A stretch of DNA of 64,000 bases from an uncultured Desulfosarcina sp. (GTDB lineage: Bacteria; Desulfobacterota; Desulfobacteria; Desulfobacterales; Desulfosarcinaceae). The position numbers and the translations under genes were made by a program. Below are positions 39,057 through 49,866 of the stretch, piece after piece. Every line of letters starts with the position of its first letter. Within the stretch, counting starts at the first letter, position 1. The notes beneath the pieces were generated by a model, which made no database searches, was not told the origin of the DNA, and saw only the letters and a program-made list of their open reading frames with translations. Where the stretch lies: contig CAXXWQ010000004.1 of the NCBI GenBank assembly GCA_963674945.2, positions 288,001-352,000 on the forward strand, written 5' to 3'.

Positions 39057-40010
39057 TCTCGCCGTTTGGGTGGTAACACCCAATGGGTTCGCTCGTGTAT
39101 CGTCAATGGGTTGGGAATGTAAATCGTTCAATCTGGCGACCTTGAAGTGGAAGACATAATCGGGTTCAGACCCCATGCGTAAGTCGGTCATGGCGACATA
39201 ATCGCTCACAGTGGAAAAGGCACAATAGCCCCTGGTGAATCTTTTCAATTTGACAACCGGCGGGTGTTCTTCGGTTCCAGCCATCAATGCCAGGTTCCTG
39301 GGGTAGAAATCAACGATCAACGGCAGTTCCTCATCGAATAGGGAAAAATAGGTTTCGAAATACCGGTTTTTGTCGATACCCACGACCCGCCATAGCAAAG
39401 TGGTGAACGGTGCCGGGGGAGGATATGAACTGGGAATAGGACACCTTTTGGCGAGCAAGCTTTTCCGATACCCTGTGTTGACAAATTCTCCGGCACTCAA
39501 CGACCAGGCAAAATAAGACAGGCGGAGAAAAAGGCCAATCGTATTGAGTCGATGGCCCAACCAACGATTTCTTTTCAACACCAGCGCAGCCAGGACGCCC
39601 GAGGGAAAGGGTAAGGTAAAAAGAGGATCGATGATGAAAAGAACCGGGACTGCCATGGGTGTGGTGTCAAAGGGCCAAAAGATTTGTGTGCCGTATATGG
39701 TCAGCAGATCCAGAAATACACTGGTTTCCAGTACAAGGAAGGAAAGCAGAACCCACCCGCGATAATATCGTTTCGTGTCAGAATGTATGCTCGGAATCAG
39801 CCAGGCCAGCAGCGGAGATACGATTGCCAAAAGAGGGAGAGAATGGCTGAAGCCGCGATGGTATACGAAGTCATTTACCGGACCGCCGAGGGGGATGAAG
39901 ACATCCATATCAGGCAATGTTCCCAAGACGGCACCCCATACAAGTGCCTTCCTCCCGACCTTTTTGCCGAGGATGGCCTCTTTGCAGGCGGCGCCGAATG
40001 TTAACTGGAT
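38988..40010 (-). pseudogene. Membrane-bound metal-dependent hydrolase (YdjM/DUF457-like), probably degraded
   Basis: Motifs QLTFGAA...GRKALVWGAVLGTLPDMD, HRGFSHS, LDLLTIYGT and IIDPLFTLP. There is no proper start codon, a compensated frameshift appears near 39420-39480, and the 3' end overlaps cbiF. Confidence 0.7.
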
Positions 40011-40024
40011 CGATTGCCGATTTC

Positions 40025-40143
40025 ACATAGACACCCGTGATACCCAACTTCTCATTTCGTTTTTGAGAGATTCGAAGCAAACGCTCAATTTTATCCCGTG
40101 TCATTTCGCCGCTAGCGGCACTGCAATAGACGACTTGCATCAA
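40025..40143 (-). pseudogene. N-terminal fragment of a BLUF (blue-light sensing FAD) domain
   Basis: MQVVYCSAA...IERLLRISQKRNEKLGITGV matches the BLUF pattern YxS...N...GITG, then breaks off. Confidence 0.65.
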
Positions 40144-40301
40144 TATTTGTTTCGCCAATCCTAAGCGAAACATCGTTGCAGTCGTTTTGATGGTAGTATT
40201 CACCTGCCATTGTATTGCGTTCCTTTTATCGTTGAATTCAGTCGGTTGATGAAAATTATTCGGATCAGTGATTTGATCAATACGAAGAGAAAGGAAAGAC
40301 G

Positions 40302-40490
40302 ATGAAAACGGAAATAAAAGATGATGTGTTCGTTAAAGTAAAGGACATGGCAGGAAACGAATTTGTCTGTCCGCTAAAAGATTTGAGGGATATCAGAAAC
40401 GTCAAAGAGGAGGAACTGGAAAACTGCTTTGAAGGCGATGTTGTCGGTCGCTACGCAGGTCAGCTGAATATTATCGATGCAAAAGGTTGA
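40302..40490 (+). CDS. Small hypothetical protein (62 aa)
   Basis: Purine-rich ribosome-binding site (AAAGGAAAG) and plausible soluble composition. Confidence 0.65.
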   Translation: MKTEIKDDVFVKVKDMAGNEFVCPLKDLRDIRNVKEEELENCFEGDVVGRYAGQLNIIDAKG

Positions 40491-40646
40491 ATTCCGATCG
40501 CAGTTTGTTTGCACTGCCGCATTTAGAAACCATTGATCGGCCTTTACAAAAGAGACAAGGCAGCACTGATCGATGCACCGGCCAACACAGCCTTGTCGAG
40601 ATGATTTCGACAAATATTAGTGGTCCTCCGTTACCCAGCCTGGTTG

Positions 40647-41597
40647 CTATATCAGCAACTCAAAAGAGTTTTTAATCGTTTCAGCGTGAACCATCGTCTC
40701 ATGGGAAATGAGGCCCGAATAACTGCCGATCCGTTTAGTAAGAAAATCTGCCATTTCGTGATGATCGTGAAAAACCGCATCCAGTATCAGTTGGTAAGGT
40801 CCGGTTGTGATGGCGATGTTGCGCAGCCTTTTTTCGCGGACAAGATCGTTTGCTACGGACATGATTTTACCAGGTGCAACACGCACAAATATGAATGCCT
40901 GCACGTCAAAACCAAAAAACCAGGGTTTGGTAATACTCACTACCCGGATAGCATTATCCGCCCGGAGCGCCTGCAGTCGACTGCTGACGACCCTCCTGTC
41001 CACTCCCATTTTTTTTGCCAGGTTTATGACACTTTCTCTGGGAGACGACTGCAACTCCTTCATTAATTTGATATCGAGCTCGTCAAGGATGCGTGGCTCG
41101 GGATGCCGAAAAGGTATAATATTCTCATTCAGATACTCCCAGGAGACCTTGGTGCTTCTTAGAACTGTTTCCGTTTCAAAACGGTGCAAATATGGGACGT
41201 GACTCAACTCTTTATCGAGAAAATCGATCGAATCGGGGGGGCTGCGAAAGGTCATGAGGGAAAAAAGATCATAACGTCCGGTGGTAATGGCGATAAACTG
41301 GGTGTTTTTATTCGATCGCAGCCATTTTGCCACTTCCTGTGTTTTTCCGGGAACGGCATTCAATCCCATAGTTACGGAAGTTCGAAATCCAAGCAGTTCC
41401 GGATTGGGGATAGCCGTAATGGAAATAATATTTTCATCCAGGAGTCTTTGCATCCTCCTCTGAATCGTCGTATTGCTTACGCCTATCTTTTTTGCAATCG
41501 CATTGCTGCTTTGCCTGGCATCCAGTTCCAATTCCTTCGCCAGCAAGAGGTCCAGCTCATCTGTCTGCGTTGTTTTGGGTGTATTCATGTTGTTCAT
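40647..41597 (-). CDS. Lrp/AsnC family regulator with two tandem Lrp units
   Basis: Two repeats of DELD...L...R.S...LAKK.GV (HTH), each followed by a RAM domain with ITTGxY. Confidence 0.9.
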   Translation of the reverse strand: MNNMNTPKTTQTDELDLLLAKELELDARQSSNAIAKKIGVSNTTIQRRMQRLLDENIISITAIPNPELLGFRTSVTMGLNAVPGKTQEVAKWLRSNKNTQFIAITTGRYDLFSLMTFRSPPDSIDFLDKELSHVPYLHRFETETVLRSTKVSWEYLNENIIPFRHPEPRILDELDIKLMKELQSSPRESVINLAKKMGVDRRVVSSRLQALRADNAIRVVSITKPWFFGFDVQAFIFVRVAPGKIMSVANDLVREKRLRNIAITTGPYQLILDAVFHDHHEMADFLTKRIGSYSGLISHETMVHAETIKNSFELLI

Positions 41598-41911
41598 TTC
41601 ATTGAGATGTTAATCGCGTTTAATTCTACACGACCGACTTTACGCCGACAACCGGTTTTATGCGTCCGCTCTTCAGTTGAGCTGTCATTCCGTTGAAGAT
41701 ATGGACCTTATTAAACTTTGAAATAATACATTTAGCATTATTTGTACATTTATTTATATTTTATATGTTCATATATAATTTTTTTGCATTATTTTTATTG
41801 CCTTTGTCCTATTTGAGTGGTATGTATTAACAACGTATTGATACTTTTAGAGGGACAGGTTTTTTCGGTACGTTCGGACGATTTACCCTTTATAAAAATA
41901 ATGGTGGAAAA

Positions 41912-43168
41912 ATGAGCACAACCAAGTCTTTAATTTTCAGTATTTTGTCTATGGCAGTCTTTCTTGTAATCGTCAGCAATGTTTTCGCCGGGGCGAGGAA
42001 CATTACAGCGCAGAGCGGACAAGCGTGGTTTAGCGGTGTTGGGCGCATTGCTGAGACGGAAGATGCGGACACCGTTCTCAACAATCCGGCCGGCGCAGCT
42101 TACATGGGCGACGGCTTGCATATTCACTTATCGACATATATTGCCGATAATGTTTGGAATGTTAAAAATGCAAATACCGGTACGGAATATGAGACCGAAT
42201 CCATTGGGTCAATACCCGGCTTTGCCTTTACTTATAAGAAAAACAATTGGGCCGTTTTTCAAACCGTTTCCTTTCCCGGTGGCAATGGATCGGGAGATTA
42301 TGACAGACACCCCTCTTTTGATTATGCAGCGGACGTGTATTCCAGTTTAACCGGCCAAAACGTTACCGCCGAAAATCAGAAATTTGAATTTTCCGGTGGT
42401 AAAGGCGCTCTTTCCATTGGAGGTGCCTGGGCGATAAATGATATTTTTTCGGTTGGATATGCCATGCGAGCGGTTTATGCATCGAGTTTTGTCGATGCCG
42501 AAGCGACATTGGTCAACCAGGATACCGGCCAAGCACTTGAGCATATAAGGATAGACCAGGAGAGCGATGGTTGGGGACTCGGGCACTCGCTTTGCGTGCT
42601 TTTCAACTACGATAAGTTAAAACTCGGTCTGCGATTCGATCCTGAAGTAAAAATCCAGAAAAAAGTAGACAAAAAACCAGGCGACACTTCTCCAACCATC
42701 AATGGGTCAAAGTCACATGACGACTTGCCGCCCGCCCTGCTTGCAGGCACAAGTTATCAACTTACCCCGAAATTCAAATTCGGTGGTGGATTCGTCTATT
42801 ATTGGCAAAAAGGTATTAACGGAGACGACGAACCGATTACGGACCAATGGAAAAACGCCTGGGAAATACACGGATTCGTTGAGTACGCGCTTACGCCAGA
42901 ATGGGAACTATTGACCAATGTTAATTATACTTTTCAAGGTCTTCCAGAAAAGATTTATACGCTAGAAAACACGTCATTCGCAAATTGTTGGACCTTCACT
43001 GTGGGTACGCAGTGGCGTCCCAACCCCCGTTGGACTTATATGGCGGGCCTAACACATTCTTACTACCCGAACAATCCAAAAACGGAAGGTGATCCAATGG
43101 GGCTTTACGAAAGAAGCATCGGCAAACCAGTCATCGGTTTGGTATTCGGTATTGAGTACAAGAGGTGA
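41912..43168 (+). CDS. FadL/OmpP1-family outer-membrane channel
   Basis: Signal peptide, the FadL-type N-terminal motif DADTVLNNPAG, amphipathic beta strands and C-terminal FGIEYKR. Confidence 0.8.
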   Translation: MSTTKSLIFSILSMAVFLVIVSNVFAGARNITAQSGQAWFSGVGRIAETEDADTVLNNPAGAAYMGDGLHIHLSTYIADNVWNVKNANTGTEYETESIGSIPGFAFTYKKNNWAVFQTVSFPGGNGSGDYDRHPSFDYAADVYSSLTGQNVTAENQKFEFSGGKGALSIGGAWAINDIFSVGYAMRAVYASSFVDAEATLVNQDTGQALEHIRIDQESDGWGLGHSLCVLFNYDKLKLGLRFDPEVKIQKKVDKKPGDTSPTINGSKSHDDLPPALLAGTSYQLTPKFKFGGGFVYYWQKGINGDDEPITDQWKNAWEIHGFVEYALTPEWELLTNVNYTFQGLPEKIYTLENTSFANCWTFTVGTQWRPNPRWTYMAGLTHSYYPNNPKTEGDPMGLYERSIGKPVIGLVFGIEYKR

Positions 43169-43590
43169 TTTGTAGAAGTTCAGATGCAGATACGAACGTC
43201 ATTCTAAATATCGCACTGCGCAGGTCAGTGGCCCGGAGAAATCAACGTATATGAAGTTTTAAATATCAATTACTGATTACCGATATCAGATGTTTCTGCA
43301 GCCGACTTGATCAATTCCCCGTCTTCCCACATCAGAAAGCCCGCCTGACGATCCCAATCGGTGGCCAAACCTGACATATCGAAAGGCCCTAATGCCAACG
43401 CAGTCATCCCGGCTCGGGGAATACTACAGGCATTGCCCATTGATCACAAAATCAGAAATACAATCCTGTCTTTTCGGTTGCAATCCCCATCCATGCTGTC
43501 TTACAGTCATAACGTGTAAAATATTACACATAGTGCGTTATATATGCCATAATCACCTTCGGCTGGTTTTTTAAACAAGGAACGTGCAAC

Positions 43591-45816
43591 ATGGCAACGG
43601 AAAAATCGCAAAAGGGAACGAAACCTTCAGCAACGGCCCGAGAAATAAACACAAAAAAGGCAACCGTTTCGGATTTGGAGCGGATCCGACAATTGGAGAT
43701 GGAGCTTAAAAAATACAAGGAATTATTCGATAACGCCCCCATCGGTATCGTCCGAACAACAATAGATGGGCGTCTGATGGAGGCCAATCACGCAATGGCG
43801 AAGATGCTGGGCTACGATTCGGCCGAAGATTACATCGCATCTGTTCAGAACCTTGCCAGCGATGTATACGTCGATTCAAGCCAACGCCAAAAGTTGATTG
43901 ATTTGTCTGTTAAACAAGACCATTTAATGAATTTTCAGAATCAATTTCGCTGCAAGGACGGGCGAATTATCACCTGCAAGTTGAATTTACGAACCGCTCG
44001 AGACCCTGATGGCAGCGTCAGTCACTTTGAATCATTCGTTGAAAATATCACTGAACAGACGAAAATGGCCGAATCCCTCAAAGATAGGGAGGCGCTTTAC
44101 CGCAGTATCTTTGAAAACACAGGGGCTGGTACGATCATTATTGAAGAAGATACGACGATATCTTTCGCTAATTCCGGATTCGAAAAATTGACCGGCTATT
44201 GTAAGGAAGAAATAGAAGGCCAAATGAAATGGCCGACCATCGTTGCCGATCCATCCGAACTAGAAATGATGCTGAACTACCATTACAAGCGGCGCAAAGA
44301 CCAGTGCGGCGCACCCATTGAATATGAATTTACGGTGCTCGACAAAAACAATCGAAAGAAAAACGTCTTTATAAGGGTCGATCTGATCACCGGAACGAAT
44401 CGAAGTGTTGCCTCCCTGATTGATATCACTTCCTTAAGGGAGGCCGAACGGTCTTATCGTGAAAGTGAATCGAAACTGAGTGGAATTCTGGAAGCCTTCG
44501 AAGGAATCGTCTATATATGCACCGAAGACTATCGTATTTCTTATATGAATAAGACCCTCAAAGATCTGACCGGTGGCAATGGCACTGGACTTTTGTGTTA
44601 TGAAGAGATTTACGGACTTCGCCAGCCATGCCCCTGGTGCACGCATGACCGCATATTCAATGGAGAAAGCGAAAAAGTCGAGTTTCAAAATCCCAAAAAC
44701 GGGCGGTGGTTCTATGCACTCAGTACTCCCATATTCGCAGACGATAACTCTGTGACCCAGAAACAGACCGTTATTATCGATATACATGAGAGAAAAATTG
44801 CCGAAGATGCGATCCGGGAGCAGGAACGGTATCTGAAAAAAGAGAATGTCCGTTTACGCACAACGATAAAAGATCGTTATAAATTTGGAAAAATTATCGG
44901 GAAATGCGAACCCATGCAGAAGATGTACGAACTGGTGTTGCGGGCAGCATCGACCGATGCGAACGTTATTATTTATGGAGAATCAGGAACCGGAAAAGAA
45001 CTTGTGGCAAAGGCCATCCACGATATGAGTGATCGCGGTGCCCACCCGTTTGTCCCGGTTAACTGCGGGGCCATCCCCCAACAATTGGTGGAAAGTGAGT
45101 TTTTCGGATACAAAAAAGGGGCCTTTACAGGAGCTCTTGCAGACAAACCCGGCTATCTGGACCAAGCCGAAAAAGGGTCGCTTTTTTTGGATGAACTGGG
45201 TGAAATTCAAAGCGATATGCAGGTAAAACTTCTACGGGTCCTGGGAGGCGGCGGCTATACGCCAGTCGGCAGTGTAAACGTCAGGCAGCCCGACATCCGC
45301 ATCATTGCCGCAACGAACCGCAACATAAGGAAGCTGTTGGAAAATGGCCAATTACGGGAAGATTTTTTCTATCGCATCCACATCATCCCCATCCACCTGC
45401 CGCCGTTACGCGAACGAAAAGAAGATATCCCTCTTCTGGCCGAGTATTTCCTAAAAAAATATAGGACTTCCGAGCGCAGCATCCCGATTACCGGAAAAAT
45501 CATGGATGCATTGCTTGCTCATGACTGGCCCGGAAATGTGCGGGAACTTGAAAACGCCATACAGCGGCTCGTGAATATCGGGTATCTCGATTTTCTGGAA
45601 CCGTCCACGCAACCGATATTCACCCACCCGACAACTTCGGACACAGAGGCCTTTCTTTATGACCTTCCCTTACGGCAGGCTGTTATGGGTTTTGAGAAAC
45701 GCTATATTTCTCACTGGCTAGAAAAATATAAATGGAACCGAATCCGGGTGGCCAATCATTTGAAAGTCGAGCGGAAAACGCTATATTTGAAAATGAAGAA
45801 ATTGGGGCTCCAATAA
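43591..45816 (+). CDS. Sigma-54-dependent enhancer-binding protein with three PAS domains and a Fis HTH
   Basis: Motifs GESGTGKELVA, VNCGAIP, GAFTGA, FLDELGE, WPGNVRELEN, and a C-terminal HTH. Confidence 0.95.
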   Translation: MATEKSQKGTKPSATAREINTKKATVSDLERIRQLEMELKKYKELFDNAPIGIVRTTIDGRLMEANHAMAKMLGYDSAEDYIASVQNLASDVYVDSSQRQKLIDLSVKQDHLMNFQNQFRCKDGRIITCKLNLRTARDPDGSVSHFESFVENITEQTKMAESLKDREALYRSIFENTGAGTIIIEEDTTISFANSGFEKLTGYCKEEIEGQMKWPTIVADPSELEMMLNYHYKRRKDQCGAPIEYEFTVLDKNNRKKNVFIRVDLITGTNRSVASLIDITSLREAERSYRESESKLSGILEAFEGIVYICTEDYRISYMNKTLKDLTGGNGTGLLCYEEIYGLRQPCPWCTHDRIFNGESEKVEFQNPKNGRWFYALSTPIFADDNSVTQKQTVIIDIHERKIAEDAIREQERYLKKENVRLRTTIKDRYKFGKIIGKCEPMQKMYELVLRAASTDANVIIYGESGTGKELVAKAIHDMSDRGAHPFVPVNCGAIPQQLVESEFFGYKKGAFTGALADKPGYLDQAEKGSLFLDELGEIQSDMQVKLLRVLGGGGYTPVGSVNVRQPDIRIIAATNRNIRKLLENGQLREDFFYRIHIIPIHLPPLRERKEDIPLLAEYFLKKYRTSERSIPITGKIMDALLAHDWPGNVRELENAIQRLVNIGYLDFLEPSTQPIFTHPTTSDTEAFLYDLPLRQAVMGFEKRYISHWLEKYKWNRIRVANHLKVERKTLYLKMKKLGLQ

Positions 45817-45836
45817 TTACAGCAATTGAGTTGTTT

Positions 45837-45948
45837 ATGACTCAGCATGAGTCATTGTGAGCACATGTTTGTAACACACTATTATTGATTCTGTTTTGGC
45901 CAATCATCCGTCTCAGGCGTGTCAAATATGCCCCATGCACCATGGGGC
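45837..45948. promoter_or_regulatory. Palindromes that may be upstream activator sites
   Basis: ATGACTCA-GCA-TGAGTCAT (45837-45855) and GCCCCATG-CAC-CATGGGGC (45930-45948) lie upstream of a sigma-54 promoter. Confidence 0.45.
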
Positions 45949-46010
45949 GCAATTCGCCCACTCATTTTAAAGTATTTAATATCATTACAATTTACTGATT
46001 ATCATCATTC

Positions 46011-46026
46011 TGGCAAACATTTCGCA
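46011..46026 (+). promoter_or_regulatory. Sigma-54 promoter of the acyl-CoA ligase gene
   Basis: TGGCAAACATTTCGCA fits GG-N10-GC and lies directly downstream of an enhancer-binding protein gene. Confidence 0.65.
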
Positions 46027-46202
46027 GTATTTGGGATTACGCGATAATCTACTTCAGCTGTTTTCCTTTTGAGAAACGTACCTATCGGCGAATCGATTCA
46101 TTTGTTTCTGGATTGTTAGGATCAACCGACAACCCAGGGAGGGAAGAGCCATGATCAATGTCGAATCTGGTCCGACCCTGCCCGATAAAAAGGAGCAAGA
46201 AA

Positions 46203-47849
46203 ATGACGATAAAAACAATCAACAAAACCCCATCCGCGTACGAATATCCCCTGTTGATCAAACATCTGCTGCGTACCCCGTTGATTTACGCTCCAAATCA
46301 AGAGATCGTCTACCGGGACCGGATGCGTTACACGTATGCCGAGTTTGGGAAACGGGTAGCCAAACTTGCCAACGGATTGAGTCGTATCGGTGTCCGACCG
46401 GGGGATACGGTTGCCATGATGGATTGGGACAGTCATCGCTACCTGGAATGCTTTTTTGCCGTGCCCATGATGGGCGCCGTCCTCCATACGATCAATATCC
46501 GGCTGTCATCGGAACAGCTCATCTATACCATCAATCATGCCGAAGACGATGTGATTCTGGTGAACGCGGAATTTCTCCCCATGCTAGAAGCGGCCAAGGA
46601 TCAATTCACAACGGTGAAAAAAATCATACTGATCTCGGATGAACCGACAATGCCGGACACGTTGCTGACCATAGACGGCGAATACGAAAAATTGGTGGGC
46701 GAAAGTGCCGACAACTTCGACTTCCCGGATTTTGATGAAAACACCATGGCCACAACCTTCTACACTACCGGCACGACCGGCTTGCCCAAGGGGGTCTATT
46801 TCAGCCACCGCCAGTTGGTGCTGCACACCTATGGCGTCATATCGGCCTTGTGCGGATTTTCATCTCAGGCCAATATCAGTTCAGCCGATGTTTATATGCC
46901 GATCACACCGATGTTCCACGTGCACGCCTGGGGAATGCCCTATGTGATGACCCTCCTCGGTGCCAAACAGGTCTATCCGGGACGTTACGAGCCTCCCATG
47001 CTGCTGAAACTACGGGATAAAGAAAAAGTCACCTTTTCTCACTGCGTTCCGACAATTCTCCACATGCTGATAAACAGCCCGGCGGCAAAGGAAGTCGAAC
47101 TGACCGGCTGGAAAGTGATCATCGGTGGTGCGGCCCTTCCCAAGGGCCTGTGTAAAGAAGCCATGGATCTGGGCATGAATCTTTTCACCGGATACGGCAT
47201 GTCCGAAACCTGTCCGATTTTAACGATTGCCAATATGAAGCCGCACATGCTCGATTGGGATGATGCCGAACAGATAAAAATCCGGTGCCGCACCGGCCTG
47301 CCAATCCACAATGTCCACCTGGAAGTCGTCGATATCGATGGAAACCCTCAGCCACATGATGGTGAGGCCACTGGTGAAGTGGTAGTGCGTGCCCCCTGGC
47401 TTACCCAGGGATATTTAAAAGAGACGGAAAAAAGCGAGGAACTGTGGTTCAACAGCTGGCTTCATACGGGTGATGTGGGATTTATCGATCCGGAAGGCTA
47501 CCTGCAAATCACGGACAGGCTCAAGGACGTTATCAAGACGGGCGGTGAATGGATCTCTTCCCTTGAATTGGAAGACATTATCAGCCAGCATCCGGCTGTC
47601 AGCGAAGCTGCCGTGGTGGGCGTCCCCGATGAAAAATGGGGAGAACGCCCCATTGCACTCGTCGTTCTGAGAGATGAGTTCAAGAACAGGGTAGATGAAA
47701 CGGAACTGAAGCGTTTTTTCATGAAGTCTGTCGAAAATGGCACCATTCCGAAATTCGGTGTGCCCAACAAAGTGTTGATTGTCGATCAAATTGCCAAAAC
47801 CAGCGTTGGCAAGCTTAATAAGAAAGAAATTCGAGCAAGCTATCGTTGA
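46203..47849 (+). CDS. Medium/long-chain fatty acid--CoA ligase (AlkK/DmdB-like)
   Basis: Motifs YTTGTTGLPKG, PMFHVHAWG, GYGMSET, WLHTGD and DVIKTGGEWISS. Confidence 0.92.
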   Translation: MTIKTINKTPSAYEYPLLIKHLLRTPLIYAPNQEIVYRDRMRYTYAEFGKRVAKLANGLSRIGVRPGDTVAMMDWDSHRYLECFFAVPMMGAVLHTINIRLSSEQLIYTINHAEDDVILVNAEFLPMLEAAKDQFTTVKKIILISDEPTMPDTLLTIDGEYEKLVGESADNFDFPDFDENTMATTFYTTGTTGLPKGVYFSHRQLVLHTYGVISALCGFSSQANISSADVYMPITPMFHVHAWGMPYVMTLLGAKQVYPGRYEPPMLLKLRDKEKVTFSHCVPTILHMLINSPAAKEVELTGWKVIIGGAALPKGLCKEAMDLGMNLFTGYGMSETCPILTIANMKPHMLDWDDAEQIKIRCRTGLPIHNVHLEVVDIDGNPQPHDGEATGEVVVRAPWLTQGYLKETEKSEELWFNSWLHTGDVGFIDPEGYLQITDRLKDVIKTGGEWISSLELEDIISQHPAVSEAAVVGVPDEKWGERPIALVVLRDEFKNRVDETELKRFFMKSVENGTIPKFGVPNKVLIVDQIAKTSVGKLNKKEIRASYR

Positions 47850-48012
47850 CGGATTCCTGAAAAGGCCGATATCGGCGCCTGCGCTTCATCCCTCGTCACT
47901 GCGGAGTACGATCAGCACGCCTCATTCCTGACGGATGGAACATAAATGTTCGCCGAAAGGATGAAAATCGATTGTTGTTCACTCGCTGTCGCGGCCCGCA
48001 AGCCTTGATCTC
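47848..48012. repeat. Degenerate copy 2 of palindromic element family B, carrying a ~60 bp insertion
   Basis: Aligns with the reverse complement of 17002..17126 (CCGATATC, CGCTTCA, CCTCGTCA.TGCGG, ACGCCTCATTCCT, CCTTGATCTCG). Confidence 0.75.
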
Positions 48013-48122
48013 GGCCGGCCACCCTCTGCAAAGGCGGGGGCGTTTCCATTGCCTTCGCCATCGAAATACTATCGCCGATTGGGCTTTGAAATAATTCCCT
48101 TACAGAACCAAAGGAGCAAACA

Positions 48123-49280
48123 ATGGAGTTCGAACTCAGCAAAGAGCAAAAAGATATTCAGAAAGCCGTCCGTGATTTCGTTAAAGGAGAATTCAAGAAA
48201 GAAATCATCGAAGAGTTGCTGGAAAACCATGCTTACCCGGAAAAGATTTGGAAAAAGGCAGCCGCGCTGGGGTTTATCGGCATCCATTACCCGGAAAAAT
48301 ATTCGGGTATGGGGTTGGGTTGTCTGGAAAACATTATCGTGGCCGAAGAGCTTGCGCGAGGTGACAGCACTATCGGAACCTGCCTGCTGATCGCTGATTT
48401 TGCTTCGGAAATCATTCTGCATTTTGGCAGCGAGGAGCAGAAATCCAAGTGGCTGCCGATGGTTGCCGAGGGCGAGTGCTTATCGTGCGGCGCTTTTACC
48501 GAGCCCGATCATGGTTCGGATATTACATCCGTGGCGACTACCGCCGGTAAGGACGGTGACGGGTGGGTTATCAACGGTAGCAAGATTTTCATTACCAACG
48601 GCGGCCCATTGGCCGGCTTCTACTGCGTACTTTGCCAGACGGATCCGGATGCAAAACCGTCTTATCGTGGATTGAGTTTGATCCTGGTAGAAGCCGACAA
48701 TCCCGGTGTGTCTTATCAGGACGTAGGGCACAAGATGGGAATTACCCTCTCATATACGGCTGAAGTTGTTTTTAAAGATGTGCGGGTCCCTTTGGAAAAC
48801 CTTATTGGCAAAGAGAATAAAGGTTTTTATCAATTGATGGAATTTTTCGACGAAAGCCGTATCCTTGTGGCGGCGCAGGCATTGGGTACCGCTCAAGGAG
48901 CCTTTGATCGGGCTGTAACATACATCAAACAGCGTGAGCAGTTCGGAAAAAAGATTGCACAGTTCCAGGTCAGCCAGCACAAAATCGCCGACATGGCGAC
49001 CAAAATCGAGTGCGCTCGTCTGATCACCTACAAGGCTGCATGGAACTTTGACCAGGGCCGTATTGATCCCAAACTGACTTCTATGGCCAAAATGTATGCA
49101 GCACGCACGGCAGTTGAGGTGGCCGATGAAGCCATTCAACTGATGGGTGGGTACGGTTACATGCAAGAGTACGAAGTGGAGCGCTTTTACCGTGATGCCA
49201 AGATCACTGAAATATATGAAGGCACCAAGGAGATACAGAAAAACACAATCGCAAGCAGCATGATGGGTAAGATCAAGTAA
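48123..49280 (+). CDS. Acyl-CoA dehydrogenase
   Basis: Motifs FTEPDHGSD, NGSKIFITNG, REQFGK, QLMGGYGY and ERFYRDAKITEIYEGT. Confidence 0.95.
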   Translation: MEFELSKEQKDIQKAVRDFVKGEFKKEIIEELLENHAYPEKIWKKAAALGFIGIHYPEKYSGMGLGCLENIIVAEELARGDSTIGTCLLIADFASEIILHFGSEEQKSKWLPMVAEGECLSCGAFTEPDHGSDITSVATTAGKDGDGWVINGSKIFITNGGPLAGFYCVLCQTDPDAKPSYRGLSLILVEADNPGVSYQDVGHKMGITLSYTAEVVFKDVRVPLENLIGKENKGFYQLMEFFDESRILVAAQALGTAQGAFDRAVTYIKQREQFGKKIAQFQVSQHKIADMATKIECARLITYKAAWNFDQGRIDPKLTSMAKMYAARTAVEVADEAIQLMGGYGYMQEYEVERFYRDAKITEIYEGTKEIQKNTIASSMMGKIK

Positions 49281-49801
49281 GATATCTCAGCAGGTCACGC
49301 ACCATTTTCAGACCGATGTATAGGAGGACACCGGCGGCGAACAGCTTACAATGTTTCGGGTTCCTGACTGCTGCCGCAGGATCCTTCGGCCATGGTTGTC
49401 GATCCCGTTTGGTGTAAATACACACACCGCGAAAAATACGGATCGATCACGCGATCCCCTCTGATCTTTCCAAAGTAAGCGGTCAGCCGTCAACCTCGAT
49501 CTGTTGAGCATTCATCAACAAATCGGTAGTCACAGGCAGAACTCCTTTACGTCTTAGAATTTGTGCTGATAATCGCTCAATTTTAGTTCTATTCGTGTTT
49601 GATAAAACCCCCCTCCCGGTACTGGCGTATGGCGGTTTCCAATTCCGTCTGGGCATCGGTCCCCGCAAGGCTACCGGATCGTGGATGAACCTTCCGTTTA
49701 GCTATAAAAACGCAGGGATTCATCGGACGCGCTAACGGCCGTTTACTCGCCCAGTGGAAAAATATCATTAGAGATCTGATTGAAAAAAATCTGATTCCGT
49801 C

Positions 49802-49847
49802 TTGACAAACCATAATATTAGATTACTCTAATTTAGAAAAAACTAAT
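49802..49847 (+). promoter_or_regulatory. Sigma-70 promoter overlapped by two tandem inverted-repeat operators (likely ArsR sites)
   Basis: TTGACA at 49802, then ATTAGA-TTAC-TCTAAT (49817-49832) and TTAG-AAAAAA-CTAA immediately after. Confidence 0.6.
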
Positions 49848-49866
49848 ACAAAAACGGAGTCGGTTC

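Noticed and set aside
43170..43560. Possible gene remnant between fadL and the sigma-54 activator
   Set aside because: The frames are interrupted and no family could be recognised.
49300..49790. Possible remnants of a pirin C-terminus (TELETAIRQYREGGFIKHE) and a TauE-like helix (LFAAGVLLYIGLKMV) on the minus strand
   Set aside because: The matches are too short to support without a database search.
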